NCBI GenBank assembly: GCA_049436045.1
Contig: JBMTHG010000002.1
Span: 1-47,201 of the forward strand
Length of the DNA: 47,201 bases
Reading direction: 5' to 3'
Origin: Bdellovibrionota bacterium
GTDB taxonomy: Bacteria; Bdellovibrionota; UBA2394
Under the pieces are notes generated by a model. That model had not been told where the DNA came from and made no database searches. It worked only from the letters and a program-made list of their open reading frames with translations. Every line of letters begins with the position of its first letter. Within the stretch, counting starts at the first letter, position 1. This document shows, piece by piece, positions 38,201 to 43,402 of this stretch. The translations under genes were made by a program, and so were the position numbers.

Positions 38201-38614
38201 CTGTAACTTGGGATTTCTTGAGGTTTTTAGCTCTTGAACCAGGGGTCGATCTGTAATCTCAGGAGGCAAATTTTGAACTCGATCAACGGCGCGTTGAACT
38301 TCAGTAACGACTTCATCTTTATCGGGATAATCGGGCTCGATCACGATTGCGATGTTAGAAACCCCTTCCGTCGAGGTGCCAAAAATATCTCGAATGCCAA
38401 ACACTCCCTTTACTTCTTTTTCAATGGGGTTTGTTACAAGTCGCTCGACTTGTTCTGGCGAAGCCCCCGGAAAGACCGTGGAGATATTCACCACATCAAA
38501 ATCAATGTTTGGAAAGTCTTCTCGTGGCAGATTTTTCAGAACCACGAGTCCGACAATCACCACAAAGGCTGTAGTTAAATTTGCAAAAAGAGATTGTTTA
38601 AAAATTGAATTCAA
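35264..38614 (-). CDS. RND superfamily efflux transporter permease (AcrB/AcrD/AcrF family)
   Basis: 1116 aa. The N-terminus (FANLTTAFVVIVGLVVL...FPGASPEQVERLVTNPIEKE) is typical of AcrB-like proteins. There are 12 predicted TM segments in a 1+5/1+5 arrangement with two large loops. No adaptor or outer-membrane factor gene is adjacent. Confidence 0.92.
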   Translation of the reverse strand: MNSIFKQSLFANLTTAFVVIVGLVVLKNLPREDFPNIDFDVVNISTVFPGASPEQVERLVTNPIEKEVKGVFGIRDIFGTSTEGVSNIAIVIEPDYPDKDEVVTEVQRAVDRVQNLPPEITDRPLVQELKTSRNPKLQINLSKGGEVGSDYEPNLELREMAKRLQRELEEVSGVGEVQLNEGNLEFIVNFSAEKLSQFGISIDEIVKAFREQNVAVPAGEIVKKDGAVRYRIESELTNLDRIQNVILRANVDGRVFRVKDLGDIRLDIQERQEYDRMKGRPSLSLGIVTKESADQILIVDAVKERAQKFLDQVNQQLPENEKWQVSYGRDTSVFVKARLKALASSVMIGGILVFLMLLLALDWRTALIVAIGIPFSFLGAVLLMPPLDFSLNLLTMFGFVVVLGMLVDDAIVVSESIFTELEKGKDKLSAAVEGTKKVLKPVLGSVMTTVLAFLPLVFMTGIFGKFVKFIPSIVILCLLVSLLEAFFLLPNHMRDFANAPKLNAKRRHPFERIRDYYRGLIVWAMRRRYFVGVSGIAFFLIALASYHFFGQFKLFPRDGVNTFFVIFEGKTELSLKDMAEKILPIELKLQEYPKTEVLSFSTKIGAIQTEGRESRRTGSNYAFITVDMVPEVDRSLDINQIANEIEAEAKKISGMDNVYVELAGAGPPVGRPVNIYFAHEDLDLLRKVKQDARGVLENMKGIKSIGDTDLLGKTQSIYEIDFRKAAQTGVNPTSLALGLQMAVDGALLGEIRSDVEKTSLRVKIDEDGIPEDSLKKMTVLTPFGERAPILSMMNAQDPSRGLYSVNHYQTRRVVTVYADLEEAEKVEGAMNKFKAFFKKFQKQPEEENKQVVRTAEEANKILAGYFDEWKAKYPGLEIEVLGENRDTAESFESLKQSLLLALAGVLFIVILTLGNIWQPFIVLITSIPMGLAGVIFVFILHDRPLSFLALFGVVGLVGVAVNVGIVLIDRINSLAKEMSYFDALMEGSVQRLRAVLLTSSTTVLGLMPTAYGWGGGDAFLKPMALALGWGIAFATIFGIILTPLSLGVVDDFVWFWKRLFKSDSLGGCLKAYWQALISGTPVRPDEPELSLKRLTELDRRYDRELRLVGSDSEPNP

Positions 38615-38800
38615 AGGTCTTTCTCTCTCAAAGCGCAGGTCTTTTTTTAATGATGGATGGCATCAAAACTTAGCCTGATCTCCAATATAGAATAAATCTC
38701 TGAGAGCTTTAGATAAAGGGGCAAGACTATGAATTTCAGAGGCCTATACTTGTGTCACAAAAATCGTGCTTTCATTCATAAAGCTGTTTAAACTTCTCTT

Positions 38801-39652
38801 ATGTTTCCGGTTGTTATTCCTGTCGCAGGTGTAGGAACGAGGTCGCTGCCGGCCTCGAAAGCGATTCCTAAAGAAATGATGCCTCTTTTTGATAAGCCCA
38901 TCATTCAATATATTGCGGAAGAGGCGGTTGAAGCGGGCGTCAAAGAGATCATCTTTGTGACCTCAAAAGGCAAGACAGCCCTTGAGGATCATTTTGACGC
39001 GGCCCCTGAGCTTGAAAGTTTTTTAAAAGAAAAAAACAAGACAAGCTTGCTCGAGGAGGTTCAGCGAGTCTCGCGAATGTTAAAAGTTCAAAGTGTCAGG
39101 CAAAAAGAAGCTCTCGGTCTGGGTCATGCGGTCGGGATGGCGTCTGGAATGATTTCTAGCTCTCATTTTTTTGTGATGCTCGGCGATGAAGTGACCGATT
39201 CAACGCCAAATAGTTTGCAACAACTGCTTCAGGTCTATGAGTCTTTAGGAGATCAAAGAGAAGAGGCAGGTGTTGTGATGCTCATGTCGGTGCCTGACGA
39301 AGATGTTTCAAAATATGGAATTTGTGAGCTGCAAGATAGAAAAATCCTTCGATGCGTTGAAAAACCTAAAGCTCATGAGACCAATTCACGATGGGCGATC
39401 ACTGGGCGATATCTTTTGCCCCGAAAAGTTTTTGAACATATCGAAAGCTCAAAGCGAGGAGCTTTGGGAGAGATTCAGCTCACCGATGCGCTTGATGCTC
39501 TAGCGAAAGAAGGAAAGCTCTATGCCTGCCAGTTTCAAGGCTTGCGTTTAGATGCTGGCGATCGGCTCGGATTTTTGGAGGCGAATCTACATTTTTATTT
39601 AAAATCCTCTCTCCAAGAGGATGTGAGAAAAATTTTAAGAAAGTATCAATAG
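38801..39652 (+). CDS. galU: UTP--glucose-1-phosphate uridylyltransferase
   Basis: VIPVAGVGTRSLPASKAIPKEMMPLFDKPIIQYIAEEAVEAG N-terminal signature, VEKP and the LTDAL motif. Confidence 0.9.
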   Translation: MFPVVIPVAGVGTRSLPASKAIPKEMMPLFDKPIIQYIAEEAVEAGVKEIIFVTSKGKTALEDHFDAAPELESFLKEKNKTSLLEEVQRVSRMLKVQSVRQKEALGLGHAVGMASGMISSSHFFVMLGDEVTDSTPNSLQQLLQVYESLGDQREEAGVVMLMSVPDEDVSKYGICELQDRKILRCVEKPKAHETNSRWAITGRYLLPRKVFEHIESSKRGALGEIQLTDALDALAKEGKLYACQFQGLRLDAGDRLGFLEANLHFYLKSSLQEDVRKILRKYQ

Positions 39653-39662
39653 AGGTGAACTC

Positions 39663-40373
39663 ATGATTTTAAAAGTTTTATTGCTAGCATCTTTTTTTCA
39701 AATGGAGGGAACTTGGGAGCCGAGAGATTTAAAAGTTCTTGATGAGGCAAGATTGCGAAAAACTTTAGAGCAAACCTACGGCGAGTTTATGCCCGCACGA
39801 CCTTCGGTGTGGAAGGTTTCGATTGAAGGAAAGACAGAGAATTGGACTTGGAATGGCTATTCATTTGAGTGCCCAAAGACAGAACCTGCCTCGCCAAATC
39901 TTTGCGAAGAGTGGACGCCCCAGAGCTTTCGTTGGTTTTTGTCGGGCCAGAAGTGGCTAGAGCCCTGGATTCAAATGCGAGCCGATTCGTTTTTTCTGGG
40001 GCGTCCCGAAATTCAGGCACGAGATTTAGATAAGGCGGTCGAGGCGAGTCTTCAAGAAGACTCTGAGATTGACCCCAACGCGCCAGAGGAAGATGAACTT
40101 GAGTTCATTCCAGAGTGGGAGGCAAATCGGATGGCTTCAGAGCGTTGGAATTGGACAGATCTAGAGGGTAAAAATTCTCGATTCTATATTTCTCTTCGAA
40201 ATCAATGGATCGAGCGAGTTGATCCAGACTCTCTCTCCTCTGAATACTTAAAGTGGGAGCGAAAGAAAAAATGGTCAAAGCCAACGCTCACGAAGCTCGT
40301 TCTTGATCGAAATGGAAAGCGAGTGAGCTTTGAGTTGGTAAGAGAGATCAAGCCCAACAAGAAGAAAAAATAA
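39663..40373 (+). CDS. Hypothetical Trp-rich protein, probably secreted
   Basis: ORF track, 236 aa, starting 10 nt after galU. It has a short hydrophobic N-terminus (MILKVLLLASFFQ), many Trp residues and a Lys-rich tail. No family recognised. Confidence 0.45.
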   Translation: MILKVLLLASFFQMEGTWEPRDLKVLDEARLRKTLEQTYGEFMPARPSVWKVSIEGKTENWTWNGYSFECPKTEPASPNLCEEWTPQSFRWFLSGQKWLEPWIQMRADSFFLGRPEIQARDLDKAVEASLQEDSEIDPNAPEEDELEFIPEWEANRMASERWNWTDLEGKNSRFYISLRNQWIERVDPDSLSSEYLKWERKKKWSKPTLTKLVLDRNGKRVSFELVREIKPNKKKK

Positions 40374-40462
40374 ATTTAAAGTTTTCGGTTTTTAAACCGC
40401 ATTTTCCGGATTTCTTCCTCGTTAATTGTCGAGCCTCGTCCTTTTAGTCGGCTTTATGTTTG

Positions 40463-40477
40463 GGAGCTCAGTTTGCA
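40463..40477 (+). promoter_or_regulatory. Candidate sigma-54 (-24/-12) promoter upstream of the flp-like pilin gene
   Basis: GG (40463-40464), then 10 nt, then GC (40475-40476), within tGGGAGCTCAGTTTGCAc. The -12 element TTTGCA matches the TTGCW consensus, but the -24 element is poor apart from the GG. The predicted start site near 40488 leaves a ~17-nt leader containing GGAG (40495-40498). Confidence 0.3.
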
Positions 40478-40504
40478 CTCTCTTTGAAAGAAAAGGAGAC
40501 AAAT

Positions 40505-40756
40505 ATGAGATTTCAATCAATTCAAAATCGAAAAAAACGAGTCGGCCAAACTTTAACAGAATATCTGCTGCTTTTATGTTTGATTGTCGTGGCTTCAATT
40601 CCGATTGTGGGCATTTTATCAAATGTTCTTCGAGATCAGTTGAAGGTGGCGTCGGAGCGACTGGGTGGAGAGACCGCTGAGTCTAACAGCAAGAACTATC
40701 TGAAACCCGCCAGTGGAAAAGTGGTGAGAGGTCTCGATGATTTCTGGAAGCAATAA
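40505..40756 (+). CDS. flp: Flp/Fap family type IVb pilin-like protein
   Basis: ATG 40505 has a GGAG SD 6 nt upstream. MRFQSIQNRKKRVG/QTLTEYLLLLCLIVVASIPIVGIL matches the Flp prepilin G/xxxxEY cleavage motif followed by a hydrophobic helix. The ORF-track start at 40460 is less likely. Confidence 0.65.
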   Translation: MRFQSIQNRKKRVGQTLTEYLLLLCLIVVASIPIVGILSNVLRDQLKVASERLGGETAESNSKNYLKPASGKVVRGLDDFWKQ

Positions 40757-40925
40757 AGCTCAGATTTTGATCGAGTTTCTTTTAACTCTTGGGCCCTTGA
40801 TTTTGACTCTTATCTTATTTCAGATGGCTCACCGAGCTTTCGAGGGTGTTCGTGCAGATGCTCGAAATTATTGGGAATTTCGAAATTCGGCCGTAGGGGG
40901 TGACGAAATCAAGACTTGGAGATAA
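40737..40925 (+). CDS. Possible TadE-like mini-protein (62 aa)
   Basis: KAQILIEFLLTLGPLILTLILF resembles the TadE/pseudopilin N-terminal segment (x-x-x-x-E-F/Y plus a hydrophobic helix). It is far shorter than usual TadE proteins and overlaps the flp 3' end by 20 nt. Weak call. Confidence 0.3.
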   Translation: MISGSNKAQILIEFLLTLGPLILTLILFQMAHRAFEGVRADARNYWEFRNSAVGGDEIKTWR

Positions 40926-40938
40926 AAGCTTCCACTCT

Positions 40939-42039
40939 ATGTTGGCGAAAAATGAAGGCTCCATGGAACTCGCGTTTGAGGGCGGTTTAGCTCAGATTTT
41001 TAAAAAATCAGCCGGTGATACTTTTCGCGCTGAAAAAATACTGCTTCCTCAATATCAAGGATTGGTTGAGTTTGAAAATCTTCAAAGGCGCGAGTTTGAG
41101 ATTTTAAGCCGGCTCAATCATCCGAAAATATTAAAATGCTTTGAGCTAAACTTAGAGAGCCCAAAGCCGGGCGTTTTCACTCATGTTCTAGAATTGGAAT
41201 GGATCGAGGGCCTCTCTGTGCGAGATCTTATTTTTCAAGCGCGCTCTTGGAATTTAGAAGATCGAAAAAGTCTGGCCTTCAACTTTTTGAGACAAAGTTT
41301 AGAGATTTTTTCGTACTTAGAATCTCAGCACTTGATTCACTCTGACTTGAGTCCAGAAAATTTCATTCTCAATCGAGAGGGCAAACTTGTTTTGATCGAC
41401 TTTGCCTCTGCCTTTTTTGAAAATGATCCACCTTCAAAAAATTCAGCTCAGCTCACGGGTAAGAAAAGCTATCGAGCGCCTGAGCTACGTGAAGATGAAA
41501 GACCGACCTTTGCCGCTGAAACTTATAGTTTAGGCCGCATTTTTGAGGAGATTTTGGGACCAAAAAGTCTTCAGGATTCTCAGATCAAAAATTTGGCACA
41601 CCAACTGGTTTTTGATCGACAAGCAGTTCAGATCAATCAAATTCCTGAGGCCACCACAGATTTTTTTCAGAAAATTTTATGGAAAGACTTGAGTTCAAAA
41701 TCGCTGAAGCAGGTGACCTCTAAATTACAATCGGCAGGCTCATGGAAATGGTCATATTCTTTTTTGCCGATGATTTGGCTTTCTCTCTCAAGCCCCATCG
41801 AGATTCGAGCAGTGAGTGTGAACTCTATGCCTCCGACGACACTTTGCATCGAGGCTTTGAGTGTTTGTCATCAAGATACTCCGATAAAAAATATAAATTT
41901 AGCTCTGGGAGAATGGAGCGCAGAGTTTTTCTCAATCGGAGATCCTGATCAGAAATGGTCAAGAATTCTTAGCGTCAAACGGGATAAACCTTTGAAGTTC
42001 TTTGAAGACTTTCGCAATACTGTTAGTCTTAAAGAGTGA
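40939..42039 (+). CDS. Hanks-type Ser/Thr protein kinase-like protein (non-RD), with a C-terminal TM segment and an extracytoplasmic domain
   Basis: Subdomain equivalents are FRAEK (Lys), EFEILSRLNHPKILK (Glu), LIHSDLSPENFIL (HxD...N; HSD rather than HRD), IDFASA (DFG-like), YRAPEL (APE) and ETYSLGRIFEEIL. A hydrophobic stretch (WSYSFLPMIWLSLSS) and ~90 further aa follow. The start is ATG 40939; the ORF-track GTG 40900 is an alternative. Confidence 0.7.
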   Translation: MLAKNEGSMELAFEGGLAQIFKKSAGDTFRAEKILLPQYQGLVEFENLQRREFEILSRLNHPKILKCFELNLESPKPGVFTHVLELEWIEGLSVRDLIFQARSWNLEDRKSLAFNFLRQSLEIFSYLESQHLIHSDLSPENFILNREGKLVLIDFASAFFENDPPSKNSAQLTGKKSYRAPELREDERPTFAAETYSLGRIFEEILGPKSLQDSQIKNLAHQLVFDRQAVQINQIPEATTDFFQKILWKDLSSKSLKQVTSKLQSAGSWKWSYSFLPMIWLSLSSPIEIRAVSVNSMPPTTLCIEALSVCHQDTPIKNINLALGEWSAEFFSIGDPDQKWSRILSVKRDKPLKFFEDFRNTVSLKE

Positions 42040-42890
42040 CATCTATCATTCATCAAGATGTGAAAGACATCCGAGGTCAGTTGATTCTCAAATCCGGTTC
42101 AGATGTCATTGAGTGGTCAAAGAAAAATATTTTTTCAACGGATCACCAAAAAAAGAAGACGAAATTCAAAGAAGCCGCCTTTTTTGTAGAAGATTGTGAG
42201 AGTATTTTTGGTCTTGAGCCTTACAAACGGGTTTTAGAGAATTGGACTCCTAATTTTCGAGAGTGGCTTGGTGAAATCTGGGCGCCCTCGGTTTTATTTG
42301 AAGAGCTTCGATTGCTAAAGACCTTCGATGTTTATTCTTATCAACATGTCTTGGTGGTATCGGTGGTGGGAGCGCGACTTTTAGAGATTTGGATTGCCGC
42401 AACGCCAACCGTGAAGCGAAGTTTCATGGCTTTGGTCTTTCACCGCTTGGGCAAAACTCGTTGGATGGCGGGCCTTGCTCAGAAATCCGAGGAGCTCGAT
42501 CAGGCAGAGCGTCGAATCATTTTGGAGCAACCCCTCATTAGCTTTGTTTTAAATGCTCATTATTGGGGCGATGCCAACCATCTTTGTGCGAAAGTCGCTC
42601 TTCAGCAGCACGAAGATCGGCTCGGAAAGGGCTATCCCCTGCAGATCAAAACGAATTCCTTGGTTCTCGATGTGTTAAGAATGTTGGATCGTTTTGACGC
42701 GATGATCTCTTCTCGTCCTTTTCGTTATCAAAAGTTGAGTCCTCGGGCGGCCCTCGATGTAATCAATCAAGATGCCCAAGATGGCAAAATGGAGGCCGAT
42801 GTTCTGAGAGCCTTCACGGATCTCATTCGTAACGAAAAAATCAAAGACTATAAAAAGCTAAAATTGGGCAAGATCGGCAGACCAGAATAA
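42036..42890 (+). CDS. HD-GYP domain-like protein with a degenerate HD dyad
   Basis: Aligned by eye to the HD-GYP core: YQHVLVVSVVGARLL (first His), FHRLGK in place of LHDIGK, QQHEDRLGKGYP in place of HHExxDGSGYP (GYP retained), and LDRFDAMISSRPFRY (ADxxDA...RPY). The GTG start overlaps the kinase TGA (GTGA at 42036-42039). Confidence 0.7.
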   Translation: MTSIIHQDVKDIRGQLILKSGSDVIEWSKKNIFSTDHQKKKTKFKEAAFFVEDCESIFGLEPYKRVLENWTPNFREWLGEIWAPSVLFEELRLLKTFDVYSYQHVLVVSVVGARLLEIWIAATPTVKRSFMALVFHRLGKTRWMAGLAQKSEELDQAERRIILEQPLISFVLNAHYWGDANHLCAKVALQQHEDRLGKGYPLQIKTNSLVLDVLRMLDRFDAMISSRPFRYQKLSPRAALDVINQDAQDGKMEADVLRAFTDLIRNEKIKDYKKLKLGKIGRPE

Positions 42891-42924
42891 AAAGCTATGC
42901 TATGTTTTCTCAAAGGAGAAAATC

Positions 42925-43329
42925 ATGGCTCAGGCGACTGCCCGATCAAAAAAAACTAGTTCAAAAACCAAAAAAACTTCGACCGGAAAAAGCGGTGATT
43001 CGATAAAAAAACGCTTAGAAAATTTGTCGATCACGGTGATTAAAGCTGAAAAAGATGCTGAAAAGAGAATTCAAAAAATTCTCAAAGTCACTGATCAATA
43101 TCGAAAGGATCAAATGAAAAAAGTTCATCAGCTGATTGCAGAGGCAAAAAAATTAAAGTCATCAGATTTGATGAAGCGTGCTACCAAGATGCGATCTGAG
43201 ATTGAAAAGACGGCGAACACCGGCTTAAAAACAATCTTAAAAAGTTTGAATATTCCCTCTCAAACTGAGATCGAAAAATTAAAGGCGCGAATCAATCATC
43301 TAGAAACTGAACTCAAGAAAAAAGTTTAG
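42925..43329 (+). CDS. Lys-rich coiled-coil protein, phasin-like (PHA-granule-associated type C-terminus)
   Basis: GGAG SD. The basic N-terminus is KKTSSKTKKTSTGK. The C-terminal LNIPSQTEIEKLKARINHLETELKK resembles the L-N-x-P-S/T-x-x-E/D-I/V-x-x-L...L-E motif I associate with phasin-family proteins. Confidence 0.4.
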   Translation: MAQATARSKKTSSKTKKTSTGKSGDSIKKRLENLSITVIKAEKDAEKRIQKILKVTDQYRKDQMKKVHQLIAEAKKLKSSDLMKRATKMRSEIEKTANTGLKTILKSLNIPSQTEIEKLKARINHLETELKKKV

Positions 43330-43402
43330 GCCAGTTTCTTTTTTGTTTGAGCTTTGAACTAAATCTTTTTTAATTTTTTGAGACTGTGTAGAAAGCTTTG
43401 AC

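Noticed and set aside
43312-43351. A/U-rich imperfect hairpin (CTCAAGAAAAAAG...CTTTTTTGTTTGAG) spanning the stop of the phasin-like gene, as a possible terminator.
   Set aside because: The stem is almost entirely A-U with a bulge and a ~13-nt loop, so its stability is doubtful. I left it unannotated.
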